In this document: one piece after another, positions 1-10,744 of the stretch
How the letters are laid out: each line of letters begins with the position of its first letter
Position numbering within the stretch: the stretch's first letter is position 1
From: Lingula anatina
Lineage: Eukaryota; Animalia; Brachiopoda
Direction: 5' to 3'
Assembly (NCBI GenBank): GCA_051362555.1
Contig: CM120641.1
Location: 47,250,401 to 47,314,400, forward strand
DNA: 64,000 bases
The notes under the pieces: model-generated
The model's database searches: none
The model's input: only the letters and a program-made list of their open reading frames with translations
What the model was told of the DNA's origin: nothing
Translations under genes and position numbers: made by a program

Positions 1-896
1 TTAAACACCAACGTTAACAAAAGTACGCATTCTTCTCATTTTTTATGGTATGATGCAATGTTTAGTTAAATGGTTACCTAATGTGATAAGTAAGCAAAAC
101 CTTGCTATGATGGCGTTTTCCTTGTCGTATCCCGACCTCTCCCATCACCCCTACACTTCAACACGACTAATTTCACATACTAAAAATATTTATATTCTCC
201 TTGTGAACTATTATCAGCCAAGGTCGCGATTTTTTAAAACCTTGTTTGTGAAATGTTTAAATGACAATACCGCAGTAGGTAAGAGAGAAAGATAGGGAGT
301 GTGCGTGAGTACAGTGTATCTGCATGTTTTTGTTTTATAACCCTTCGTTTTGTTAAGTGCTTGTCTTTCCCTGCCTGGTTAATTTAATTTCTAGTCTTCT
401 TAACATGCAGTGGTTCTCATAATATTTAATAACATGTACATGTGCTTAAAATAATTAAGTGAAGTTCAGTGCCTGGAGGCACTGCTATACTTAAGGCCAA
501 CGTACACCCTCCCTCGTGCACACTTTTATTTACCATGGATTCGAATTATTTAGAATGCATGCCGCCTCCTTCACTGTAAACATTTCCTGGTTCAGTGACT
601 TCCAATGAACCCATGGATGTCTTTTAGTGATCAGCTCTATTATTATAATAATTATTATTATTGACCAATTTGTTGAAAAAGTATGATCGTATAACCCTTC
701 CATTTCTCTAAACTAGAGTAATTCTTCAACTGAGACCACGAGTGTACCAAATTAGCTGCTATGTTAACCACCAACGCCAGAAAAAGGGTACAGTATTTTA
801 AGGCAACAACCAGTTCTACTTTCAACTGTTTTGTATAGAAACTGCACATTTCTAGTTACTCAAATTTTAACAAATTTATCATTTTTTTACAGAGTG

Positions 897-2263
897 ATGC
901 AGAAATTTGAAATCATGGAAAGTAGCACTGCTCCTGCAGGTAACTTAAATATACCAAAGTATAAAAAAGAACACTACGTTAATCCGGTACATTTTTAACC
1001 ACATTATCATTATCATTATAATCATCATGTTCCCTGCTCTATAACGCTGCTCTATAAGTACGTCCCATGCACTGTGGGCGAATGTCCAGTATCTGTAATA
1101 GCTCTCAGGATGTCTGTGATAGACAGTACAGGGTGACCAAAAAAAGAAAGAAACCATAAAAAAATTTATGAAATCCTACAAAGGTCCATCAAAATTCAAG
1201 AAATTTGCTGGACTGTTACTTCAATATGAGTATGATCATTGCCCAAAGTTGCAATTATCTTGGTCACTTTGGATAAAAGTTCTTTTTAAGAATTTGCTCC
1301 AAATGGATGCACACTTGCATACGCCACAAAAAATTGTCGATTTCTCAAACACATTCCTCCTTCGAGATTTTCCTTATCTTTGCTGTGATTGCTCCCCACA
1401 GTTCACCGATAATTTGGGTGTTGTTCTGGTACAAATTGTCTGTGAGCAAGTTTTAATTTAATAATGTTTGTATACATGCTACAGACCAGAGCTAAACTGT
1501 TTCTTTACTGAGAATTATCTTTGTCTTTATACTATTCAGGCCCAGATCATTCTCTCTATACTCTCTGATATAACTATATGCAGTAGGAGTTACAGGTTGT
1601 TATCATTATCTGCTACATGTATTGACACCGTGTCACCAGTTTGTTCTTTTTATTATTGACCACATGGGAAAGAAGAGAAGAACCGTCATTTGGGTAGTAA
1701 AAATTGCCAACCATATAGTGAAGTATAACATTATTATCTATCCATCTACCTTATCTAACCGTAATATATTTTTGTTTGTTTATTTTATTTTTGAGTTTGA
1801 AATAATTATTAATGTCAACAAAGTGTCAATCAAAAATGTTGTTTTTTAAGTTGGTCCTTCAGGAAACCGCATTTTGACAGCACTGGTAGCAATGTGTGCA
1901 ATCGTCACTGTAGTAGCAATAGTTATAGCTGTAGTGGCAGTGTCGAGATCCTCGACCACTCCAAACATCACCATCCAAGGCGACCAAACGACAATAGGTG
2001 GCAGCACCTCTGGACAAGGTTCGTCTGCTGGGAGTTCTGTTGGGAGTTCAGGCTCAGCAGTCTCATCATCATCAGGAAGAAGGATATTCACGATTGCTCT
2101 AGGACATGATATTGGCCCTTTTGAATATATGTAGGTAGATTTCTGTGTGTTGTAGATATTACGTGTATTCAAATTCTAATTTCAAGAGGGGACCAGTGGT
2201 GTGATTTAGGCCTACTAAGAAATCGAAGGAGGGTCAGGACCCCCCTGACCCCCCCCCCCCGCC

Positions 2264-2296
<33 letters not shown>

Positions 2297-5200
2297 CGCC
2301 ACTGAGGAAATTGTAATAAACATAGTGTGGTTTCTCTAAAATCAGTAATAAGAGGCTACGAGGTTGTAAAACTTTATCGAATACTGTCACTTCTGCTGAC
2401 ATTCATATGTGTTGAGAAAAATTCTAATGTGTTTAATATACCCGTGATGTTTTCATTTTCAGGGACTCCTCCGGCTACTTGACAGGCTTTAATTTGGATT
2501 TAATTGACGCGGGTAAATAGACATTTCATTTTAACTTTTTTATTGCAGAATTTTATCACAGATTTATTCCCATTTCCTCTCTACCAGTCCATATGTTTGA
2601 AAGATGTACAAATAAGCATATGAATACATTTAATTTTCCAAGATGGAAAACAAATGTAATATACATGTATGATATTACTGCTAAATTTGATTTTGGATCA
2701 AAGTCTGAAAGGAAAACAAGGAAATAAAATCTGAAAGAATACACACACACATATCGACAAAAAGAAACAGAAAGGTTTGAATTTCAAATAACAATTTCTC
2801 TTTAGTGTGTAAAGAGGCCGGCATGGTCTGTCGCACCGTAAGGGACAAGTACAGCAATTGCTGGGACACCACCCCAGGACAACCCTCACACGGCGGGCAT
2901 GGTACGTCGGTTGTTTTAGTATTGTCTCATAGACTACACCATTTCAGAATTGTTTTATTATTAAGGTGATAAATATCTTAATCCCCTCCCTCGAGTATAA
3001 GCCTAAGGAAATGACCCGAGGGACTTCATCAAAGGTTGAACTAAACTGGAGGCTATGTTTTTCTTCGGTACAGTGTTAATGAATAAATGTGCACCAATTT
3101 AATCAAATTTAAAAACGATTGCATATACCCCCACCCCCCTCTTTCCTCCAGTAACAAAACACGGTGTTTAGTTGGGTATAAAAATGTGTCGGTTAAAGCT
3201 TATCCCAATGGCTATTCACATGGTGATCGCAAACATGCTATCTATTCATCAGAACCCCAAGTTCTTCTCAGGCAGTGCCCCAGGAATTTTGGAGGCAACA
3301 TACTTTTTTCTAATTTTACATTTACCAAGTATTTCACTCCCTGAAATGATCATAATTGATAGTGTTAATGAGCGCAAAGTGTTTTTTTTTTTCATTGTAT
3401 AAACACAGTTAATGCAAAAATGTCATCCAGATTGATGGTTTTGTCTTAGAATTGATTACGTTAAATAACAGTACACAAGGTTCAAACTTTAGCATCGTAA
3501 ATTTTAGAGCAGTATATTACCATTTGGAGCAAGTTATTTTTAAACAGCATTGTTCATTTAAACGCTGTATACAAACATGCCTAAAGCGTTGGAATTGTAC
3601 TGCATTTCAGGTTTGATAGGCCGTTGGTACGATGCCTGCACCGGCTGGTCTGGTACCGTACAGAGGCTTCAGGTCTTCAGTTTTTCTTCGTCATACGTTA
3701 AGCCCCTGACCATTTCTTTATTTGTCAAAACAGGGAACGCTGTTTTGTTTACGTCCAGAAGTTTAGCTAACAAGAAAACAGGTAAAGTGCAGTTACTGGT
3801 GAAAGTATATAAATTTGATAAGCGTTCGTGTATCAAAAAGAAAAAAGTAGGGGAAAACAATTTTAGGATCTTCGGTTGATGATGGTACTCGTTTTTCAAC
3901 TATAGAAAATTATCAGTACACTGTTACATGTACGTACTTAAGTTACAATAATGGTTACTTCAAACTGCAGACTAGGTAAATTAAGGTGAAGGTGGTGTAG
4001 CACATCTTGGTGTCTTACAAGTTAATAGAATTTTAGAGTGGTGGTTTGAAAAAAAATTATTATTAAATCTTGGTTGGTTTATTATTTGAGAAATTCTTTT
4101 TAACAATGAACATTATCAGTATACACTATAATGCACTCAAAGTTACAAGAATCGTTTCTTCAATCAATTATGAGATTTAATCAGTAAATTCAGGTAGAAG
4201 CTGCTGCAGCACCTGTACGTGTATATTCCCTGATGATGTCTTGTTCGTCTGTATTGGGAGATTTGACTAATAATACGAAGATACATATAAAATGATAAAT
4301 TAATGAGGATCGTGGAGAAGATAAAATTTACATTAACCGTCCTTTGACCGTCATAAAGTTTGATATGTAGATATATATTTGATAATAATAAAAATAATTA
4401 ATTAAAAATAATTTGAAAAATATCTGAATTATTCAAGGCTTCGTTGATGGCTGGGTTTGTGACGAGAACTGTCTGGCCAGATGGACCGGCGTCACGGGTC
4501 AGGACAATATGACCGTCGTCCACGCTCCGAATGCTGGAGATATCTTTGCCAAGTTGAAAAGTGGCGAGGTAAGATATTAATCCATTAATACAGTTTTTTA
4601 CCGTTGCATCATAAGTAGTAGTCATTTACTTTGAGACGTTCCATATTACGTTAATAAGTAAGATCTAGTAAGTTTTAGTAAGTATACTGCAAATAATATA
4701 TAACCCATTTTCACAAACAGATAGATGTAGCATTTTTACCTGTCCTGGCTATGGCAGGCCATACATCAGGAGCCAACCCCGAGTTTGAACAAGTCCCTGT
4801 CGGTGGTTTTTATTGCTCGGAGGCTGGACACGGGATGATGACACGGAAAGATAACGACTTCAACTCCCATTGGAACGTAGGGTTCAACAAACTGGTCTCC
4901 AGTGGGAAGTTTAAGAAATTATGCGACGCAGCGGCTACTAAACACGGTGAATCATGCGCATATATTTAATATTTACTCCCCTATCACAAAAGTGCCACCC
5001 TAAGGTAATGCAAAAATCGATATAAAAATCAAGTAATAAACCAATGTTTTATTCTGCTTCTAAGCGGATTTTTTTTCACACAAATTTACAGATTGTTCAA
5101 CCAATGAATAAGCTTTCGATAATAAAAAACAAAGTCACAATTTAATTTTGTACAGTGTCACATGGATTAGATGATGCACGTGACGCGTATGGAGTCAAAA

Positions 5201-5610
5201 AGTCAAATGCAATAGGGGTGGCACTATTTTCGTGAGGGAGTATTTATTAATATAAAAAATAGACCGAAGAGGGAATTTTTTTCAAACTTTGGGTATGTTA
5301 AATAAGAGGAAAGGACGGACGGTGACAGAAAGTGATGGCGGCAAAATAAGGTTTCAACAAAATTAAGTTTGGTCTTCTCTGATTAGAAATTGAAAAGCTA
5401 CTACTAGATTCACTAGAGAGAAAGTTTTCGTTAAATACAGACAGAGTGTAATGCAATAAATTATTAGCATCAATTATAAAAAATTCAAAATAAATTTTAG
5501 TGCTACATCAGGAGACACTTTATCTTGAACAACAATATTCACTTCATCTATTCTAAGATTCAAAACTTTTTGTAGGTTTTCGTGGTCCTGTGGACTGCGT
5601 AGACGGCTAA
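897..5610 (+). CDS. Type II membrane-anchored protein with bacterial-type solute-binding (SBP_bac_3/PBP2, HisJ/ArgT/ArtJ-like) ectodomain, copy A, 343 aa
   Basis: Eight GT-AG exons join in frame: 897-939, 1851-2130, 2463-2512, 2806-2901, 3611-3781, 4438-4568, 4721-4946, 5576-5610 (1032 nt). Product: MQKFEIMESSTAPA, hydrophobic helix ILTALVAMCAIVTVVAIVIAVVAV, Ser/Gly stalk, then IFTIALGHDIGPFEYMDSSGYLTGFNLDLIDAVCKEAGMVC...YDACTGWSGTVQRLQVFSFSSSY...LANKKTGFVDG...LKSGEIDVAF...GMMTRKDND...GFNKLVSSGKFKKLC, which follows the SBP_bac_3 motif order. Confidence 0.88.
1129..1456 (-). mobile_element. Degenerate Tc1/mariner transposon 3' fragment in intron 1 of copy A
   Basis: TA followed by CAGGGTGACCAAAA (mariner-type TIR end) at 1127-1142. 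The minus strand translates LTDNLYQNNTQIIGELWGAITAKIRKISKEECV*EIDNFLWRMQVCIHLEQIL, resembling the C-terminus of Tc1/mariner transposases, with a stop codon. Absent from the equivalent intron of copy B. Confidence 0.8.
2170..2304 (+). mobile_element. Truncated copy (3' half) of the hAT-like MITE family also at 6887-7128 and 7382-7661
   Basis: AAATTCTAATTTCAAGAGGG..TGGTGTGAT is shared with ~7577-7611. Ends in a C-run and AAATCCGCCACTG TIR. Confidence 0.7.
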
Positions 5611-6886
5611 CAATATCATTAAGACCGGAGATGAGAAACAACAGAGAAAGAAGCCTATATTGGAACCCAAGTATCAACTTCCCGTCGAAAACAAAACTCA
5701 GTTTCAAGTGTTAATTGGTTTCCAAACAAGAGGAATACCTTGTTCACATCTGACGCAATATCAACCCTCTCTGAAGGCTTAGGATGATCGACCCGTGAAC
5801 ATTTCTGTTCAAACATGAAAATGGACTCTTCCTCAAAGTGAACAATTCAGTTACATCAGTGACACATACATGTATATTGTGTTATAGGTCTATTTGCATT
5901 ATTTTGACTTCCCTCGATGTTTCACTGTTTTGTACCGTGGATTCCTCTGCTGTATTCCAGTAGTAGATGTTTTACATCCGTTTAGGTTGTTCTCAGCATA
6001 TCTGTCTAAACGCCTTAAGTCGAATGAAGAGATATTATAGTTTTTGGAAATCTATATAATTTAAAAAAGAATGCACACCACATCCAGCTTATTTTTATGG
6101 GAGGTCTACTCCAACAGATATTTTTATTGGTTAAACATTATAATTTATGCGCACTGTCTAGCACAAGTAAATTTAAATTAGTGCATAAAATTTTTTAATT
6201 TGGCCACCCATTTTTTACTTTTATGAAAATAATATTTATATTATTCAGCGGCAGTTTGCCAAATTCTATGCAATTTGAACAACCCTTTTATAAAAAATTT
6301 GGATTTTTTGTTTTGATGCCTCGAATGCCTGTATCTTGGACTTTTTATACAATAAGAAGTCATTTTTGAGTATGTTAGGGAAAGTTTTGACTTGAAAAAG
6401 TATCTGAATAACACAATTGATAACAGAAGTAACCACAAAGGGTATTAAAGGCGAGGTCGTGTAAATTACTGGTTTGACAAGAATGGTAGTCCTAGGAATG
6501 GGAATCCAGGGTCCAATATGATTAGTACAGGTTAGGTTTAACTGAAGTTAGTATATGGGACGAATAGACTGCAGTTCCTAGCGGACCTCCATTCCTGTCG
6601 CAATTATCAAAATTATCAAAAATTTTTACTTTCTAAATCACCATATTTCTCAAATTTGTGTTTCAAACTTAAGATAAACATAATAATAATAATAAATGGA
6701 ATTAAAAACTGAGAAAGAGTGACTATGCAAGCAACGGAGCCGAAAAGTTAAAACTGACAACATTTTACGGAAACTGATAACGTACCTATAATATCAAGAA
6801 TGTATTACCAAGAATATTCAACCAAAACGCCAAAAATCAGAAAAATGCACCCTAAAGTGAATTTATTCTCTGCAGATCACATGAGG

Positions 6887-7128
6887 AAGTGGCGGATTTA
6901 AGGAGGGGGCAGGGGGATCCGGACCCCCTTCGATTTCTGAAGAAAATCACACCAATGGTGCCCTCCTGAAAGTCTAATTTTGACTAGCTGAATCATAGTT
7001 TTAACCCATAGAAAATGGAACCGTTCGCCCTCTAAAATACAAAAAATTTTAAGATCCCAAACCCCACGTGAGGCTCGGCTTTGTATCCGCGCCCCCGCCC
7101 CCTTCAAATAATCCTGGATCTGCCTCTG
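6887..7128 (-). mobile_element. hAT-like MITE, reverse orientation
   Basis: Ends AGTGGCGGATTT ... GGATCTGCCTCTG. The interior is the reverse complement of the 7382-7661 copy. TGAGG is present on both flanks (partial TSD). Confidence 0.72.
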
Positions 7129-7381
7129 TGAGGTATATGGTTTGTTTACGTACATGATCCTCACATCAAGCTGACATAATACAACACGCCATCAGAATGT
7201 TAAAAAGCCTTGATACGGGTTGTCTCGTAAAGTATAGTCTATTTTTATGTCAAAAGCAGCCGGGCGTGCGATACCCAGCAGAGAAGGGTAGGTCATACTG
7301 CTTTAATGAATAGGGAATTATATTTAAAATAATATCTACAATGTATGTGTTACTTTTGCAAAGCAGAAAAAATTGTGAGAC

Positions 7382-7661
7382 CAGGGGCGGATCCAGCATT
7401 TTTTGAAGGGGGATCCGGAACGCCAGTCCTCGGACGCGAAGCCGACCATTGCCCCCTTGGCGTGGGGTTTGGGGCCTGCTCAAGCGCAGTGAAGGGCTCC
7501 AAAATATTTTGGTGTTTTGGAGGGCAAAGGGTGCCTCTGGTACGGTTTAGAACTACATGTATGATTCAGCTTGTCAAAATTCTAATTTCAAGAGGGAAAT
7601 ATTGGTGTGATATATTTTTAGAAAGCGAAGGGGGGGTCCTCTTAAAGTAAATCCGTCAGTG
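7382..7661 (+). mobile_element. hAT-like MITE with 8-bp target-site duplication
   Basis: Imperfect TIRs CAGGGGCGGATCC / AAATCCGTCAGTG, flanked by TGTGAGAC (7374-7381) and GGTGAGAC (7662-7669). CAG ends with an 8-bp TSD are typical of hAT. Confidence 0.75.
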
Positions 7662-8453
7662 GGTGAGACACGGGCAGTAAATAAGCGAAAGAAAACAAGT
7701 AACATTTACATCGCGAAGCACATTCCTATTTCTATTCATCCGGGTGAATCTGTGCGTGTCATCCTTTCTTGTATGGTCTATCGCCTGCTTAGGGCACTTG
7801 TATCGATATTTTGCCTCGCTTCTCCATCCTCTTCGCCATCTTTGCTTTGAGGCGCTTTTAGATACCGACAGGGACCCATGTATATCGGCACTGTTAATGT
7901 GTGCTAAATTAGTCTTTCTTCATGCGTTTGCATACCCGGTGTAAAAGGTGCCTGAGATACTAAAAAGTAACGCCAATATTTTTGTAGCAGTAAAGATGCT
8001 TAGTGATAGACCAGCGTTAGCAGAAGTATGCATGCTTCTTGTGTGCATGCTTTCATGGTACTTTAATGGTTACCTAAGGTGACAATTAAGCAAAACGTTC
8101 TTTTCCTTGTCTCATCCCGACCTTTCCATGACCCCTACGGTACATTACATTTTGTACAACACATTTTATATAACCCTTCGATTTGTTTTACCCTCTCTGG
8201 TTTCTTTAATCTCTTGTCTTTTTAGCGTTCACTGGTTCTCATAATGTTTCAGAACATGTATATGTACATATAAAGATTAAGTGAAACTCTTTCTACGTGG
8301 CCTGGAGGCATTGCCATAGTTAAGGTCAACGTGCACCCTCCCTCGTGCACATTTTCATTTAACATGGGTTTGAATTATTTAGAATGCATGCCGCCTCCTT
8401 CACTGTAAAACATTTTCTGACTTCAAATGAACCGATGTCTTCTGGCAATTAGC

Positions 8454-8455
<2 letters not shown>

Positions 8456-8502
<47 letters not shown>
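8456..8502. repeat. (TTA)n microsatellite; other microsatellites at 10704-10742 (CA), 17065-17115 (TAT), 23304-23347 (ATATA), 24682-24708 (TG), 37380-37429 (AAT), 50860-50935 (TTG/TTC)
   Basis: Directly visible simple repeats. Confidence 0.95.
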
Positions 8503-8751
8503 GTGATCAATTTGTTGAAAAAGTGTGATCGAATAACCCATCAGTATCTTTTATCTAGAGGTTTTCTTTAACTACAGAGTGTGTCAAATTCGACTAACTA
8601 GACACATGCAGTTTCTACATAAAATAAAGATAGAAGTAGGCCTACTGGTTGTTGTCTTACATTGCTTCACCATTTATCTTTCGTTGGCGGTTTACATACA
8701 ACCTAATTTGGTAACCTAATTTGATAAATTTATCTCATTTTCTTCTTCAGA

Positions 8752-10701
8752 ATGATGCAGAAATTTGAAATAACGGAAGGTGGCACTGCCCTTGCAGGTA
8801 ACTTAATATATCAAGGCATTTAAAAAACAACATTATTTCATAAATCCGGATAGATTTTTATATTCATACATTTAATCATCATTATCATTAGCATGTGCCC
8901 TGCTCTATAACGTTGTTGATCAGTCCCTTCCACACCCTTGGCTTTACCAGCTCTCATGATGTCTATCATCTTAGTATGTCCCATCCACTGTGGGCAGCTG
9001 TCCAGTATCTTTACTAGCTCTCAGGATGTCTATCATCTTAGTAGGCTATGTCCCATCCACTGTGGACATCTGTCTAGTAGCCTATCTTTACTAGCTCTCA
9101 TGATGTCTATCATCTTAGTATGTCCCATCCACTGTGGGCAGCTGTCCAGTATCTTTACTAGCTCTCATGATGTATAACGTCTTAGTATGTTCCATCCACT
9201 GTGGGCAGCTGTCCAGTATCTTTACTAGCTCTCAGGATGTCTATCATCTTAGTATGTCCCATCCACTGTGGAGAGCTGTCCAGTATCTTTACTAGCTCTC
9301 AGGATGTCTAACATCTTAGTATGTTCTATCCACTGTGGACAGCTGTGCAGTTTTTTTCTGTTTGCATTACATTACCTTGCTAATTTTCTTCACAAATGTT
9401 CCGTTACCAATTGCTCTACACTACCACTGTATCATAAGAAAATGTATGACATACATGTATGCAACTTCAATGTGGGAAGAATCAAGACTAAACATTTCTG
9501 TATCACTTAAAACCCTTTTTTAAGGAACTTTTAGAGATATATGCCTATGTGCTTATTTTTAACTATGTAGTTTGGTCTTACTTAGGCCTACTAACTTATC
9601 ATCTTCGAGCCATGTAATATAATCATTATTAATGACAACAAATGTTGGTTTGTTAGAAGGTCCTTCAGGTAACCGCATTTTGATAGCACTGGCAGCAGTG
9701 TGTGCAATCGTCACCGTAGTAGCCATAGTTGTAGCTGTAGTGGCAGTGTCGAGATCCTCGACCACACCAAACATCACCATCCGAGGCGACCAAACGACAA
9801 TAGGTGGCAGCACCTCTGGACAAGGATCGTCTGCTGGGAGTTCTGCTGGGATCTCAGGCTCTGCAGTCTCATCATCATCTGGAGGACGGATCTTCACGAT
9901 TGCTGTAGGGCATGATTTAGGCCCATTTGAATATGTGTAAGTAGATTTTTTTTTTTTTGTATTATAGTTCTTACATCTCTGCATATGAAAATAAGTTGGC
10001 GAAAAGATATTATGTGAACCTACAACTTTTGCGGCATGCCCAAAAACACACAAACTATTTTATTAGAAACCAGAAGAAACGGCCATAGTCACGACATAAA
10101 TGAATTTAGATAAGCATTGAGAATCAAGAGTTGGGACTTACTGCATAAGTACTTTAATTTGTGCAACAATTACATTTTTATAAGATGTTTCAGACTTGTA
10201 CTTTAGAATCTATAGGCTACTCTGCCTCTACATGTAGTCATTGTCATATCTAAATGTTTCATAGTCTACTTTGTCGTTTCATCTTGGGAGAAATTTTAAT
10301 AAATATGGTGTGGTTTCTCTAAAATCAGCAAAATGGGGCTACAGGGTGGTAAAACTATATCGAATACTGTCACTTCTGCTGACGTTCATATTTGTGAAGA
10401 TAAATTCTATCATGTTATACCTGTGGTGTTTTCACTTTCAGAGACACCTCTGGCTACTTGACAGGCTTCCATCATGATTTAATCGAAGCGGGTAAATAGA
10501 TATTTCATTTCACCTGTACGTTATTATTATGAAATTTCATCGCTGATTTTTCCCCAGTTCATATCACTGAAATATGTGGTTAGCATATCAATACATGTAA
10601 TTTTCCAAGATGAATAATAAATGTAATATATATTATTAATATATTTCTCATGAATTTGATTTTGGATGAAATTCTGAAAGGGAAACTAGAAAATCTAAAA
10701 G

Positions 10702-10744
<43 letters not shown>

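Noticed and set aside
8938-9510. ORFs with repeated CPIHCG motifs
   Set aside because: Translation of the intronic 67-bp minisatellite; the unit length is not a multiple of 3.
9559-10053. Antisense ORFs 9559-10053, 1846-2172 and 43687-44127
   Set aside because: Shadows of real coding exons on the opposite strand; no independent evidence.
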